Origin: an uncultured Dehalococcoidales bacterium
GTDB taxonomy: Bacteria > Chloroflexota > Dehalococcoidia > Dehalococcoidales > G020351185
Length of the DNA: 64,000 bases
NCBI GenBank assembly: GCA_964354125.1
Contig: CAYGXW010000001.1
Location: 22,474-86,473, forward strand
Direction of reading: 5' to 3'
Of this stretch, positions 27,955 through 39,345 are shown one piece after another (within the stretch, counting starts at the first letter, position 1; the number at the start of each line of letters is the position of its first letter). The position numbers and the translations under genes were made by a program. Below the pieces are notes generated by a model that saw only the letters and a list, made by a program, of their open reading frames with translations, did not search any database and was not told the DNA's origin.

Positions 27955-28506
27955 ATGAAAAGAGAAGAGGTGATTGATTCTATTGAGGCTAATGTGGAGA
28001 ACGGGAACCTGATCAAGCATATGCTGGCTACTGAGGCTATTATGCGGGCGTTAGCCAGGAAACTTGGTGAGGATGAGGAGGAGTGGGGGCTTACCGGGCT
28101 GGTTCACGATATAGATGTGGAACTTACCGGGGGAGACATGGCTACCCACAGCAAGCTGGGTGCTGACCTGGTCAGGGAGATGGGTGCCAGCGATGCTATG
28201 GTAAAGGCTGTTCTGTGTCATAATGAGGCACATGGCGTCCCCCGTGAGACAAAGCTGGATAAGGCACTTTTTTGCGCTGACCCACTAACTGGCTTAATCA
28301 CCGCCGCTGCCTTGGTTCGTCCCGATAAAAAACTGGCTGATGTTGAATTAAAGTCAGTGAAGAAGAGGTTTAAGGAAAAGAGCTTTGCCGCCGGAGCCAG
28401 CCGGGAACAGATTTCAAGCTGCAGTGAACTGGGGCTTGAGCTTGAAGAGTTTATTGGGCTGGGTCTGGAGGCAATGAAGGGCATCGCTAAAGACCTGGGT
28501 TTATAG
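27955..28506 (+). CDS. HD-domain phosphohydrolase
   Basis: Contains KHMLATE...GLVHDID (H...HD metal motif). Length is 183 aa. Confidence 0.65.
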   Translation: MKREEVIDSIEANVENGNLIKHMLATEAIMRALARKLGEDEEEWGLTGLVHDIDVELTGGDMATHSKLGADLVREMGASDAMVKAVLCHNEAHGVPRETKLDKALFCADPLTGLITAAALVRPDKKLADVELKSVKKRFKEKSFAAGASREQISSCSELGLELEEFIGLGLEAMKGIAKDLGL

Positions 28507-28507
28507 C

Positions 28508-31078
28508 CTAGCTTACCTCAAGGGTTGAGCCCTGAGCCGTTTTTAAAACATTGATGCGTGTTGGGAAGGCATCTTTTAGTTCTTCAATATGGGTGATGAC
28601 AATAATCTTATCAAAGTCATCTTGAATGGAGTTAATCGCTTCTTTAACTTTTTCCAGACCGGTGCTGTCCTGAGTGCCAAAGCCTTCATCAATAATCAGG
28701 GTAGGCAGGGGTGCCCCGGCTCGTTTTGCCAGTAGCTTGGAAAGGGCAATGCGGATGGCAAAGTCGATGCGGAAGGCTTCACCGCCGCTGAATGTCTCGT
28801 AGGGTCGCGGTCCCAGCTCATCTGAGATGATAATATCCAGGGTTTCTATCAGCTCTTCCTTCTTGGACGGGCGCTGCGTTTCAATCTTAACATGCATTCT
28901 GTTATCGGTCATACGACTGAGCAACTTATTGGCTTCAGTTTCAATATCGGGAAGAGCTATTTCAATTAACATTGCCTGAATCCCCTTTTTACCGAAGGCT
29001 TGAGCTAGTTCTCGGTAGATTTTCGCCTCTTTGGTTAACTGCTCAAGCTGGCCCTTCTTTTCCTGTTTTTTTATCTCCTGCCTTAGCAGGTGTTCCAGCT
29101 TCCCCTTTAAGTTCCCGGCTATCTCCTGTGCCTGTTTTTGTTTTTCGCTTAACCCTTGGTAATCGGCTTCAGCCTGCTTCAGGTCACTCTCTAACCGGGG
29201 CAGGGCCATAAGTTCAGAAGCCAGACTGTGCCTCTTTTGGTTATCATTCTCCAGGCGATGGCTGAGTTCTTTAGCCGCCTCCTTGGCTTTAACTGACTGC
29301 TCCTGCTCCCAACCGAGTAGTTTTTCTGCTTCCTCTAACCTTCGCTTGGGTTGCTCATACTTTTCTAATGACGTCAGGCTTTGACTAGCCTGCTGATGCT
29401 GGCTTGAGTCATACTTGAGGCTGGCTAGTTCCCTCTCCAGTTCGTTTAGAGCTACCTGTTCTTGTTTAGCAAATTCCTTACCTGCCAGCCTTTTTTCAAT
29501 ATCAGCCATAAGATTTATCTCTTTTTTTAGCTTATTACCAGAATCCTCGGCTTCTGAGATGGCTTGAGTTATAATACTTACTCTACCCTGCAGTGATGCC
29601 CTGTCTTTATTTAATCTGGCTTCCAATTCCTGAAATTCTCTATCAACTTTCTTTAGCTCTGCCTTTTTTTCAGCCAGCTTGGCCTTCTGCGACTGAAGAG
29701 ATGCGGTTTTATTATCCTTATCAGTGCTGTATTTCTTTCTGATTATATCCAAGCCACCCCGGCCAATTTCTGTCTCACATAGCGGGCACTTGGCACTACC
29801 CTGGGTTTGAAGAAGTTCTATTTTTTCTTCTATTTCCCTTATCTCCTGCTCCAGCCGCTGCTTGCTGCATTCAATTTCATTGATGCTTATTTGCAGCTTC
29901 TGAACTTGTTGCCTTTTTACTTTCAGTTCCTCTTCTATTTGAGCCAGCCGACTTTGCTCACTATCAAGCTTTGTTTTTTCTTCTTTTAACCGGGGCAGTC
30001 TCTGTGAGCTGGTTTCCACTTGGTTAATTCTGCTCTGGACGACAGCATGTTCAGTAAGCAGTCTGGATTGAGCCTCCTGGATGGACTTTTCCAGCTGGCT
30101 TTTTCTATCCTTGATTTTATTGAGTATTTGTAGTTTCTGGTTTAGTTCTTCATTTAATTTCTTGACCTGGGTGAATTGTTTATAGCCCTCTTCTATATCC
30201 TCACGCTGGGATATTAAACTCTCATAATCTTTGATACGGGAGTCGTGTTTCTTAATCTCTTCATCACGGCGCTCAAGTTCTCTACTGGTAGTGGCTATAT
30301 GCTCGTCAAGTTGAGATAGTTGCATTTTTTTACTCTCCAGCGACTCCTTCTCCTGACGCAGACGGTTTAATCTGAACTGCTGCTCTTTTATTTCCTTTTC
30401 CAGATGGGAAAGCTCACCCTGTAAATTGTTAAGCGCCGCTTCAACCTCCGGTTTTTGTACCAACTCCTGCTCTATTTCTTGAATAGAGTTCTCCAGTTGT
30501 GTTGTTTCCATCTGCTGCTGTTTGGCCAGTTCCTTGGCTCTTTCTTCAAGCCGGTCATATAGCGATAGACCCAGGATATTGGCCAGCACCTCTTTACGTT
30601 TGGTCGGGGGTTGTTTGGTGAATTCATCGGCATGACCCTGCTTCAGGAAGGCACTATTGATGAAGGTATCATAGTCCATATTCAGGAGAGAAATAATCTT
30701 CTGCTGTGTTTGCTTCTGTATGTCACCCGAGATTACCTTGAAGTTATCGTTGTCAGCTATGAGCAGGTCCAGGCTGCTTTGTCCTGAGGACCTCCGACTT
30801 TTTGGCTTGGAGTGCTTGCGTATAACACGGTAAATTTGCTCACCTACGGCAAAGTCAAACTCCACTTCCATATCTGTCTCGCTAAGGTGAATTAGGTCGT
30901 CGTCACTCTTGGCTCTGGCTTTACCCCATAGTGCCCAGGTTATGGCATCAATCAGGGCTGACTTGCCGTTGCCATTATCGCCACAGATACAGGCGGTGTG
31001 GATGCCGATGAAGGAAAAAGGGGGTATATCACCACGGTAGGGCATAAAGTTGCGCATCTTTAGCTTAACTGGAATCAT
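28508..31078 (-). CDS. sbcC: SbcC/Rad50-family SMC-like ATPase
   Basis: Walker A GDNGNGKSALIDAI, long heptad-rich coiled coil, zinc hook CPLCETE, signature FSGGEAFR and Walker B LIIDEGFG. Confidence 0.8.
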   Translation of the reverse strand: MIPVKLKMRNFMPYRGDIPPFSFIGIHTACICGDNGNGKSALIDAITWALWGKARAKSDDDLIHLSETDMEVEFDFAVGEQIYRVIRKHSKPKSRRSSGQSSLDLLIADNDNFKVISGDIQKQTQQKIISLLNMDYDTFINSAFLKQGHADEFTKQPPTKRKEVLANILGLSLYDRLEERAKELAKQQQMETTQLENSIQEIEQELVQKPEVEAALNNLQGELSHLEKEIKEQQFRLNRLRQEKESLESKKMQLSQLDEHIATTSRELERRDEEIKKHDSRIKDYESLISQREDIEEGYKQFTQVKKLNEELNQKLQILNKIKDRKSQLEKSIQEAQSRLLTEHAVVQSRINQVETSSQRLPRLKEEKTKLDSEQSRLAQIEEELKVKRQQVQKLQISINEIECSKQRLEQEIREIEEKIELLQTQGSAKCPLCETEIGRGGLDIIRKKYSTDKDNKTASLQSQKAKLAEKKAELKKVDREFQELEARLNKDRASLQGRVSIITQAISEAEDSGNKLKKEINLMADIEKRLAGKEFAKQEQVALNELERELASLKYDSSQHQQASQSLTSLEKYEQPKRRLEEAEKLLGWEQEQSVKAKEAAKELSHRLENDNQKRHSLASELMALPRLESDLKQAEADYQGLSEKQKQAQEIAGNLKGKLEHLLRQEIKKQEKKGQLEQLTKEAKIYRELAQAFGKKGIQAMLIEIALPDIETEANKLLSRMTDNRMHVKIETQRPSKKEELIETLDIIISDELGPRPYETFSGGEAFRIDFAIRIALSKLLAKRAGAPLPTLIIDEGFGTQDSTGLEKVKEAINSIQDDFDKIIVITHIEELKDAFPTRINVLKTAQGSTLEVS

Positions 31079-31218
31079 TTATAAAATGTCCTGAATAGAA
31101 TATTATTTAATTTATTTTAGCATAATCAGGGATTCATTTATCTATCCTGTCAGGAGCCTACAAGACTTAACTATTGGAGTATAATTTAACTGGTTAATAA
31201 TTAAAGGAGGTGACTAGA

Positions 31219-31647
31219 ATGACAAAGGTTGAACGGAAGGTTACTATAAATGCTTCAGTAGACAAGGTTTTCGCTTACATTACTGACCCGGCAAATGAGA
31301 TGGAGTGGTTACCCGGTAATACCGATGTCCGGGACATCACCGGGCTGGGGGCAGGTCAGAGGTGGGGTTATACCTATAAGATGATGGGCCTGCCCTTTAA
31401 AGGGGTGTCGGAGGTTATCGGATATGTCTCCAACCAGAAGTATGTTACTAAGAGTACGGGTGGTATAGTTAGCACCTGGACCTGGACATTCAAGCCAGAG
31501 GATGGTGGCACCCGGTTGAACGTAGTGGTAGAATTTACTATCCCGGTGCCGGTGCTGGGCAAGGTGGGCGAAAGGTTGGCGCTGGGGCAGGTTGAGCGCG
31601 AGGCCAACTTGGCTGCTGCCAATATCAAGGCGAGGCTGGAGGGTTAA
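31219..31647 (+). CDS. SRPBCC (START/polyketide cyclase-like) family protein
   Basis: About 140 aa with the pattern V.INAS.DKVF.YITDP.N...W typical of the SRPBCC fold. ATG at 31219 follows AAAGGAGG. Confidence 0.65.
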   Translation: MTKVERKVTINASVDKVFAYITDPANEMEWLPGNTDVRDITGLGAGQRWGYTYKMMGLPFKGVSEVIGYVSNQKYVTKSTGGIVSTWTWTFKPEDGGTRLNVVVEFTIPVPVLGKVGERLALGQVEREANLAAANIKARLEG

Positions 31648-31653
31648 GCAATA

Positions 31654-33090
31654 TCACTCCAGATAATCCTTTAATTTTCGGCTGCGGATGGGATGGCGGA
31701 GTTTTCTCAGTGCCTTGGCTTCAATCTGGCGGATGCGTTCCCGGGTTACATTGAACTCCTTGCCCACTTCTTCAAGGGTTCGGCTACGCCCGTCCTCAAG
31801 ACCGAACCTGAGCTGGAGTACCCGTCGCTCACGAGGGGTAAGGCTGGAAAGGACGCCATCAATCTGCTCTTTTAGTAGTTGTCTGGAGGCGGCATCGGGA
31901 GGGGGCAGGGCATTCTGGTCTTCTATGAAGTCGCCCAGGTGGCTATCCTCTTCTTCACCTATGGGTGATTCCAGTGATATTGGCAGTTGAGAAACCTTAA
32001 TTATCTCTCTAACCCTCTCTGAAGTAATTTCCATTTCATCACCAATTTCTTTGGGTGTTGGCTCTCTCCCGTATTCTTGAGAAAGCTGGCGGCTGAGACT
32101 TAAAAGTTTATTTATCGTCTCAACCATATGAACTGGGATGCGGATGGTGCGGGCTTGGTCGGCTATGGCGCGGGTAATAGCCTGCCGTATCCACCAGGTA
32201 GCGTAGGTACTGAATTTATAACCCCTGTGGTAATCAAACTTTTCCACAGCCCGTATTAGACCGATATTCCCTTCTTGAAGGAGGTCCAGAAGTGGCATAC
32301 CACGACCGATATGCTTCTTGGCGACGCTGACTACTAAGCGGAGGTTAGCTTCAATAAGATGCCTTTCCGCTTTCTCATCCTGGCGCTCAATCTCATTCAG
32401 GTAAGACCGGAACTGATTTTCATAGACCTGAGTAGAATCTATCAGGGCCGGGTCTGATATAAATTTTTCCAGCTCAGCTAGAGAAATGTCTTTACTGATA
32501 ATGTTTAATACTTCATCCGGTATTAAGCTGCTGTTCAATGATAACTTTATGAGAATCTGTTCTATTTCCGGTATAGCCTTGTTCATTTTAAGGGCAATGG
32601 CTTGGGTCAATTTTTGGTCAATTTCATTATCAAAGCTGTCTCGTAATACCGGGTTAAAGACAGCATTTTTAAAGCTGTCATTGGATAATATGCCAAGCTC
32701 TTCCTGGAGTAAATGTATAAAATTAGCCGCCTGACCCAGCTCTTTAAGCATGCACAGGATTATCTCAGTAGCTGATGGAGACCTCCCGTATTCCTCTAAG
32801 CATGCTTGCTTAATCTCCTTAATGCGTCTGCCCTGCTCCATTCTTTTGGCTAATACCTTTTCGTCCTTACCGGTGAGGAGCGGTACCCTGCCGATTTCAT
32901 GAAGATACATGCGAATTGGGTCATCAACTATACCTTGCTCATCTATTTGTTCCAGTGGTAATGCCAGTTCGGTAGCCGGGGACTCATCCTCGTCTTCTAG
33001 GCTTTCCTTTTCTGGCAGTTCTTTTTCCTCGCTATCCTTGGGCAATAGCTCATCGGAAATTTTACTATTTTCTGAATCTTTCTGGTTCAT
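31654..33090 (-). CDS. rpoD: RNA polymerase primary sigma factor
   Basis: Contains [11 protein letters not shown], region 2 ([35 protein letters not shown]...[15 protein letters not shown]) and region 4 ([20 protein letters not shown]). Confidence 0.95.
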   Translation of the reverse strand: MNQKDSENSKISDELLPKDSEEKELPEKESLEDEDESPATELALPLEQIDEQGIVDDPIRMYLHEIGRVPLLTGKDEKVLAKRMEQGRRIKEIKQACLEEYGRSPSATEIILCMLKELGQAANFIHLLQEELGILSNDSFKNAVFNPVLRDSFDNEIDQKLTQAIALKMNKAIPEIEQILIKLSLNSSLIPDEVLNIISKDISLAELEKFISDPALIDSTQVYENQFRSYLNEIERQDEKAERHLIEANLRLVVSVAKKHIGRGMPLLDLLQEGNIGLIRAVEKFDYHRGYKFSTYATWWIRQAITRAIADQARTIRIPVHMVETINKLLSLSRQLSQEYGREPTPKEIGDEMEITSERVREIIKVSQLPISLESPIGEEEDSHLGDFIEDQNALPPPDAASRQLLKEQIDGVLSSLTPRERRVLQLRFGLEDGRSRTLEEVGKEFNVTRERIRQIEAKALRKLRHPIRSRKLKDYLE

Positions 33091-34871
33091 CAGATTCTCC
33101 TCTGCTTCTGACCCCCTCTAGACCTCTGGATGAAAATTTCTCTAAGCTGGTCGCTGACTTCTGTGCCTTGCTCTTCAAGCTTGCTAAGCTCGGCACTGGA
33201 GCCCATTGATGCCGCTTCCGAAGCAAATACTGCCTCCCTCTTCCTCTCCAGACGGCGCAGGAATTCCTCACGTAGCCGCAGGATGCAGTCGGAGAGCTTT
33301 TTTTCTATCTGGTTTGAAGGTAGGCTTCTTTTAATAAGCTCATCAAAGTGTTTCCAGATTGTGTTATCAAGCTCGTCTCTGATTGAAGATTTGTTTTCAG
33401 TTCGCTGATAGGCGTTAAAGATTTCGCGGTTCTCACTATTTTCAAAATGCTCAGGCAGTAGATTCTTTGACAGCTCTTTAAGCTCCGGATTTTGAAGCAG
33501 CAGTGCCAAGCAGTATTCTTCAAGGGGGCTAGCAAGGAGCGACCTACCAGTGTCTATTGTAGCTTCCAGCTTCTTTGTTGTCCCTAATCTAGATTGGCTT
33601 ATCTTATTCCTCTCAATTACCATTTCCAGTCTATGTTCACTGATATTAACCAGATGGGCTAGTTTTTGCAGATAGTGGGCTTGACGCACCAGGTCTTTTA
33701 TCTGGGTAATTATGGGTAAAAGCCTATCTACAGCTAAGGACTTATCCCGGGCGGTATTCAAGTCAAGTTCAGAAGCAACCCGGTTAAAGGTGTAGTCAAT
33801 TATCGGTATTGCCTCATCCAGAAGCTTTTGCCAGTCTTCTTTTGACTCTCTGATAACCTCATCCGGGTCTTTGCCCTTAGGTAATATGGCAATCTTGACC
33901 TCAGCACCCAGACTATTTTCATAGCCAATACACCTTAGGCTAGCCTCCTCGCCAGCGGCATCGGCGTCAAGGGCAAGTATTATGTTTTTAGTTAGTTTTT
34001 TCAGGATATTTATTTGCTTGTCAGTAATTGCAGTTCCCATTGAAGCGATTACGTTGCTGAATCCATTTTCATGAGCGGCAATTACATCCATATAACCCTC
34101 AACGATTACTGTATAATCCTGCTGGTGGATAGATTTATGGGCAAGGTCAATGCCGTAAAGACAGCTGCTCTTATCAAAGACTGGCGTCTCGGGAGAGTTT
34201 ATGTATTTGGGGAGGGAATCATCCAGCACCCTGGCGCCAAATCCGGTGGTGCGGCTTTTAGAATCATGTATGGGGAACATCAGCTTATTACGAAAGCGGT
34301 CATGGCTGACTGCTGGCTCTGTCTCTATTATTAAACCAACATTGATGAGTTCTTTTTCAGAATAGCCTTTTTCTGTAAGATATTGCTTCATGGCATCCCA
34401 GCTATTTAGGCTATAGCCCAGTTGAAAATCATTTATTGCCTTTGGTGATAACCCTCGCTGGGCAACATAGTTTCTGACTTTTTCCCCGGCTGGAGAGTTT
34501 AATAGCAGGTGATGGAAGTATTGAGCCGCCGCCTCGTTGGCTTGATATAGCCTCTCGTTCTTTTCCTTGTCTTCTGATTGTCTGGCTCTTGTTGGGATGG
34601 TGACCCCAGCCCTCTCCGCCAGAAGCCTGAGCGCCTCACCGAAGTCCAGACCATCCTTTTTCATAATAAGGGAAAAGGCATCACCGCCGGTACTGCAGGC
34701 GCCAAAGCAGTGCCAGCTCTGCTGTTCCGGGTAGACAAAGAAGGACGGGTGCTTCTCGCTATGGAAGGGGCATAGCCCCCTGAAGTTCCGCCCTGCTTTG
34801 GTCAGGGTGGTATACTGGCTGGCAACCTCTACGATGTCTGTCCTTTGTTTTACTTCGTCAATTACACCCAT
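33090..34871 (-). CDS. dnaG: DNA primase
   Basis: Zinc ribbon ([11 protein letters not shown]...WHCFGC) plus a TOPRIM domain (VEGYMDV...LDADAAG). Its stop shares 1 nt with the rpoD ATG. Confidence 0.9.
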   Translation of the reverse strand: MGVIDEVKQRTDIVEVASQYTTLTKAGRNFRGLCPFHSEKHPSFFVYPEQQSWHCFGACSTGGDAFSLIMKKDGLDFGEALRLLAERAGVTIPTRARQSEDKEKNERLYQANEAAAQYFHHLLLNSPAGEKVRNYVAQRGLSPKAINDFQLGYSLNSWDAMKQYLTEKGYSEKELINVGLIIETEPAVSHDRFRNKLMFPIHDSKSRTTGFGARVLDDSLPKYINSPETPVFDKSSCLYGIDLAHKSIHQQDYTVIVEGYMDVIAAHENGFSNVIASMGTAITDKQINILKKLTKNIILALDADAAGEEASLRCIGYENSLGAEVKIAILPKGKDPDEVIRESKEDWQKLLDEAIPIIDYTFNRVASELDLNTARDKSLAVDRLLPIITQIKDLVRQAHYLQKLAHLVNISEHRLEMVIERNKISQSRLGTTKKLEATIDTGRSLLASPLEEYCLALLLQNPELKELSKNLLPEHFENSENREIFNAYQRTENKSSIRDELDNTIWKHFDELIKRSLPSNQIEKKLSDCILRLREEFLRRLERKREAVFASEAASMGSSAELSKLEEQGTEVSDQLREIFIQRSRGGQKQRRI

Positions 34872-34965
34872 ACAATTAAATTATACTACTTTCTTATGGT
34901 TATTCTCATCCTTAATAGGAAGAACGTGACTGGAAATATAGTTGGTTCTATTTTATTGTTCTTGA

Positions 34966-36003
34966 TTAAAGCGCCAGCTTTTCAGCTAGGTTCAGGGCAT
35001 AGTGGTCGGTCATGCCGGCGATATAGTCTATAACCCTTTGTTCTACCTCATCGCTATAGAAGCGGTATTCCGGCGGTAGCTCATCTGGATGTTTAATAAA
35101 ATAATTATACAGCTTTCGCACCACCCCCCGGGCTCTATCTGCTTCAGATTGGGCTGACTGCACATTATATACCCGACTAAAGAGAAACTGGCGCAGGGTA
35201 TTGGTTGCTTTAAGAACCTGTGGGCTCATCTTTATGGATGGCTTATTAGTAGTATCACAACCGGTGACACCCCATGAGTTTTCAATAATATCGCAAACCA
35301 TAGTGTTTATGCGTTCCCGGTGTGAGCTGCCTAGAACTTTGACGGTTGATAGTGGTAAATCGCCCTCGGTTAGAACGTCTGCCCTTATGGCATCCCCGAT
35401 ATCGTGATTGATATAGGCAATGATATCGGCGATCTTACACACCTCACCTTCAAAAGTACTTACCTTACCCCAGTTCTTGCCGAAGATGTTCTCCTCAGGC
35501 TTGGAGTGGTTTAGGATGCCGTCCCTTACCTCCCAGGTTAGGTTTAGCCCTTGGCCATCGTTCTCCAGCAGGTCAACAACCCGCAGGCTTTGTTCATTAT
35601 GCCTGAATTCGCCATGATAGAGTTCATTTAGAACATCTTCCCCTATGTGACCAAAAGGGGTATGCCCCAGGTCATGCCCCAGACTGATGGCTTCAGTCAG
35701 GTCCTCATTCAGGTTCAGAGCCCGGGATATGGTACGAGCCAACTGAGAAACCTCCAGGGTATGGGTCAGCCGAGTTACATAGTGGTCGCCAAGGGGGGCG
35801 ATGAAGACCTGTGTCTTGTGCTTTAGGCGGCGGAAAGACTTACAGTGTATAATACGGTCCCGGTCTCTTTGGAAGGCGGTTCGTATCGGGCAGGGCTCTT
35901 CATATCTGAGCCTGCCCCGCGATGAGCTGCTTTTAGCCGCATAAGGGGAGAGCCGGGATTCCTTCTCTTCAGCTTTCTGGCGGATATTAAGCTGATGAAT
36001 CAT
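34966..36003 (-). CDS. dgt: dGTP triphosphohydrolase-like HD protein
   Basis: Contains RTAFQRDRDRIIHC..FRRL..KTQV, HVTRLTHTLEV and HDLGHTPFGH motifs. Confidence 0.8.
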   Translation of the reverse strand: MIHQLNIRQKAEEKESRLSPYAAKSSSSRGRLRYEEPCPIRTAFQRDRDRIIHCKSFRRLKHKTQVFIAPLGDHYVTRLTHTLEVSQLARTISRALNLNEDLTEAISLGHDLGHTPFGHIGEDVLNELYHGEFRHNEQSLRVVDLLENDGQGLNLTWEVRDGILNHSKPEENIFGKNWGKVSTFEGEVCKIADIIAYINHDIGDAIRADVLTEGDLPLSTVKVLGSSHRERINTMVCDIIENSWGVTGCDTTNKPSIKMSPQVLKATNTLRQFLFSRVYNVQSAQSEADRARGVVRKLYNYFIKHPDELPPEYRFYSDEVEQRVIDYIAGMTDHYALNLAEKLAL

Positions 36004-38258
36004 TAAGCTTTCAGCTTGGCTTCTGCCTTGGCTATTATTGCTCTGGTAGCGCCTATTACATCCGGATTGACCGAAATAGATGTAATTCCCCAGGAGACTA
36101 GTTTTTCGGTAAGCTCGGGGTAGTCAGATGGTGCCTGGCCACAAATGGAGGAGGTAACCCCCATACTCCTTGTTACTTTAATCGCTCTCTCTAGAGCTAT
36201 TAGAACGGCTTCATTTCGTTCGTCAAAGGTTTTGGCTAGCCTGGCGCTGTCTCGGTCAATACCCAGGATAAGCTGGGTCAGGTCGTTACTACCAATGGAT
36301 ATGCCATCAATGCCAACCTCAATGAACTTCTCCATCAGGAAGATGTTGGATGGCACTTCAACCATCATCCAGAGTTTAAAATCCTGGGAGCGTTCCAGAC
36401 CTTGTGATTCCATGATTTCCTTGGTTTGTTTCAGTTCATTAACGGTGCGTACAAAGGGAATCATAACCCATAGATTGTTATAATCCTTTCTTACCCTCTT
36501 TACGGCTTCTATTTCCAGCTTGAAGGTATCAATATCGGTTATATAGCGGGAAGCTCCTCTATAACCAATCATTGGATTTTCTTCAACCTCTTCAAATTCC
36601 TGTCCCCCGATAAGCTCGCGATACTCGTTAGTCTTAAAATCGGTGGTTCTATAGACTACCGGACGTGGGTTGAAGGCCTTGGCAAAGGTATAAAGGCCAT
36701 TATAAAGCTTATCAATAAATTCATTACCCCTTTTTTGCTTTAGCATGTAACTTGGGTGTTCACCAATCTGGGCAACTATAAACTCAGCCCGAAGTAGGCC
36801 AACGCCGTCTACATTACGGGAGGCTACTAAATCGGCAAGCTCGGGTTGGGCCAGGTTTACATAGACTTTGGTGCGGGTCTGAATTGCCTCCTTAAGGATG
36901 CTGGTAACCAGGGTGGTCGCCATTCTACGAGTTGCCTTGCCGTTATAGACCTTGCCATGCGAGCCGTCTACAGTAATTATCTGTCCATCTTTAAGAGCAG
37001 TTGTTGCCTTCTCGGTGCCGACGATACAGGGAATCCCCAGCTCCCGACTGACAATAGCGGCATGTGCCGTTCTACCGCCGCGGTCGGTGACGATAGCCAC
37101 TGCCCTCTTCATTGCCGGTACAAAATCGGGCGTGGTCATCTCGGCGACCAGGATGTCGCCATTATATACCCTTTCTATTTGTGAGGCTTCTCGTATTATT
37201 TTAACCGGTCCTGAGGCTAGTCCTGGGCTGGCTGATACCCCACTGAGAAGAATCGGGGCTTTGATCTCAGGTTCAGCCTCAGCTGTCTCTTTAACGGTGG
37301 TTACCGGACGGGTTTGAACTATAAAAATCTGGCTATTTTCCTTTGCCCATTCAATATCCTGAGAAAATTGATAGTGCTCTTCAATCTGTTTCCCCAATTT
37401 GACCAGTTGGGTAATTTCGTCATCGGATAGCTTCTGCTTTTTCTGATATGGTGGTGGGATTGACTGCCATATGTTTGGATTCTGGTTATCGCCCTCAGGG
37501 TTTCGTATTAACTTCCTGTCTTGACGGCTTATTCTTTTGGAAATAATTGTCATTGCCTCTTTATCTATAATGTAAAGGTCTGGGGTTATTTCTCCTGAGA
37601 CAAGCCCTTCTCCTAGTCCGTATATCGCTTCAATAATAATCTTTCTAGTGTCACTGGTTACCGGTTCTATGGTGAACATAACACCAGATGTCTCAGAAGC
37701 TACCATTCTTTGTACCGGAACAGCGATACCGACTTTTAAATGGTCAAAGCCATGCTGGTGCCGATAATATATAGCCCGTGGCTCAAAGAGGGATGCCCAG
37801 CACCTTTGAACGGCATCTACTACATCATCCTCTCCCTGCATATTGAGGAAGGTGCTTTGCTGACCGGCAAAGGAGGCTTCGGGCAGGTCTTCAGCAGTTG
37901 CCGAGGAGCGTACCGCAACAAGTCCTTTGCCTAATTTAATATATGCCTGTTTAATCGCCTTGATTATATCCGGGGGCATGGTGGCGTCTAAAATTACCTG
38001 CTTAATTTTGGCGGCAATTTGTTGTAGTTGTTTACTGTCGTCTGGGTCTAAAGGTTTCAGCAGGGCGCTAATTTTATCCGTGATTTTTAATCTTTGTAGA
38101 AATTCATAATAGGTACTGGCGGTTACGATAAAACCCGGGGGGACTGGTATATTGGCTTGGGTCATCTCACCAAGGTTTGCTCCCTTGCCGCCGACTATGG
38201 AGATATCATTCTTAGTAACCTTATCAAACCATACAATAGTCTCAAGAGCCTTATGCAT
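36003..38258 (-). CDS. ppsA: phosphoenolpyruvate synthase (pyruvate, water dikinase)
   Basis: Contains GGKGANLGEM, the phosphohistidine region GGRTAHAAIVSRELGIPC, and a C-terminal PEP-utilising TIM barrel (GSNDLTQ). Confidence 0.85.
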   Translation of the reverse strand: MHKALETIVWFDKVTKNDISIVGGKGANLGEMTQANIPVPPGFIVTASTYYEFLQRLKITDKISALLKPLDPDDSKQLQQIAAKIKQVILDATMPPDIIKAIKQAYIKLGKGLVAVRSSATAEDLPEASFAGQQSTFLNMQGEDDVVDAVQRCWASLFEPRAIYYRHQHGFDHLKVGIAVPVQRMVASETSGVMFTIEPVTSDTRKIIIEAIYGLGEGLVSGEITPDLYIIDKEAMTIISKRISRQDRKLIRNPEGDNQNPNIWQSIPPPYQKKQKLSDDEITQLVKLGKQIEEHYQFSQDIEWAKENSQIFIVQTRPVTTVKETAEAEPEIKAPILLSGVSASPGLASGPVKIIREASQIERVYNGDILVAEMTTPDFVPAMKRAVAIVTDRGGRTAHAAIVSRELGIPCIVGTEKATTALKDGQIITVDGSHGKVYNGKATRRMATTLVTSILKEAIQTRTKVYVNLAQPELADLVASRNVDGVGLLRAEFIVAQIGEHPSYMLKQKRGNEFIDKLYNGLYTFAKAFNPRPVVYRTTDFKTNEYRELIGGQEFEEVEENPMIGYRGASRYITDIDTFKLEIEAVKRVRKDYNNLWVMIPFVRTVNELKQTKEIMESQGLERSQDFKLWMMVEVPSNIFLMEKFIEVGIDGISIGSNDLTQLILGIDRDSARLAKTFDERNEAVLIALERAIKVTRSMGVTSSICGQAPSDYPELTEKLVSWGITSISVNPDVIGATRAIIAKAEAKLKA

Positions 38259-38415
38259 AGTGATAGAATGTCCTACCTCCTAAAGTGAGATTGGTTTCAG
38301 TATTATACCATAATATTACCTGGATACTGTCAAAAATATTGGTATATTTAGTTGACAGCTTTATCGATGAGGGGTAGAATTAATGATGTTGGCCGAGAAA
38401 CAGGAGGGGTCCGAT

Positions 38416-38994
38416 ATGCTGGAGATGACTATTGAAAGTATCCGGGTTGGTTTGATGAACCCCCAACTTACTCTTCATAATTCTCAATATGTGGTGATGC
38501 TGAAAGAAAAAGGTGAAGAGCGCTATTTACCCATCTTTATTGGTCCTGCTGAAGCGAATGCAATAGCTATTAAGTTACGGGGGGAAACTCTACCCAGACC
38601 GTTAACTCATGACCTGTTACGCAATATAATTGAAGCCTTGGGGGCTTCTGTAAATTCTATTATCATTAATGACCTTATGAATGATACCTTTTATGCCAAG
38701 GTTATTTTTAATGTCGGGGACGGGCAGATAGAGGTTGATGCTCGTCCCAGTGATGCACTGGCGCTGGCAGTGAGAGTGGATGTGCCTATTTATGCCGAGG
38801 AATCGGTTCTGGATAGAGCCGGTATATCGCTAGATAAGGTTGAGGAGGCTGAAAAGCTTGCCACTGAGGAAAAGGAATTGGAAGCTGAGGGGAAGAGTAA
38901 AAAGATTAGCGATGAAGAGTTAAAGAGGTTATCAGCCTTCAGCGATTTCATTGATAGCCTTGACCTAGAGGACTTTGATAAACACAAATCTTAA
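38416..38994 (+). CDS. bifunctional nuclease (DUF151/BFN) family protein with an acidic C-terminal tail
   Basis: LPIFIGPAEANAI...RPLTHDLL...ARPSDALALA is typical of the BFN domain. ATG at 38416 follows AGGAGGGG. Confidence 0.65.
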   Translation: MLEMTIESIRVGLMNPQLTLHNSQYVVMLKEKGEERYLPIFIGPAEANAIAIKLRGETLPRPLTHDLLRNIIEALGASVNSIIINDLMNDTFYAKVIFNVGDGQIEVDARPSDALALAVRVDVPIYAEESVLDRAGISLDKVEEAEKLATEEKELEAEGKSKKISDEELKRLSAFSDFIDSLDLEDFDKHKS

Positions 38995-39129
38995 GAAGGT
39001 ATTTAACAACCGGATAAACTAGGAAGCCTTGGGTTTTTTTATCTTTATTCCCGGGCTTTTTAGTAATCATAGGCTTGACTTAAATAGACCAGTTTTGATA
39101 TGCTTTTGGGCGGTGGTGTTGAGGCTGGT

Positions 39130-39345
39130 ATGCGAAGGTGGCAAGCAGCCTTAAATATAATCGGTGTCGGCTGGTTTGTTGGGCTATCTATATTGTTAGG
39201 GGTATTTGGAGGGCTGTGCTTAGATAGCAAGTTTAATACACAGCCTATTTTTGTGCTAGCAGGTTTATTTCTAGGATTAATTGTTGCTGGTTTTGGTGTT
39301 TATCACATGCTTCTACCTCTCTTTAAGGACAAGGAGGATGATTAA
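39130..39345 (+). CDS. AtpZ/AtpI-like small membrane protein preceding the atp operon
   Basis: About 70 aa with two TM helices. Its TAA overlaps the atpB ATG (TAATG). Start chosen at the ATG 5 nt after a GAGG. Confidence 0.55.
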   Translation: MRRWQAALNIIGVGWFVGLSILLGVFGGLCLDSKFNTQPIFVLAGLFLGLIVAGFGVYHMLLPLFKDKEDD

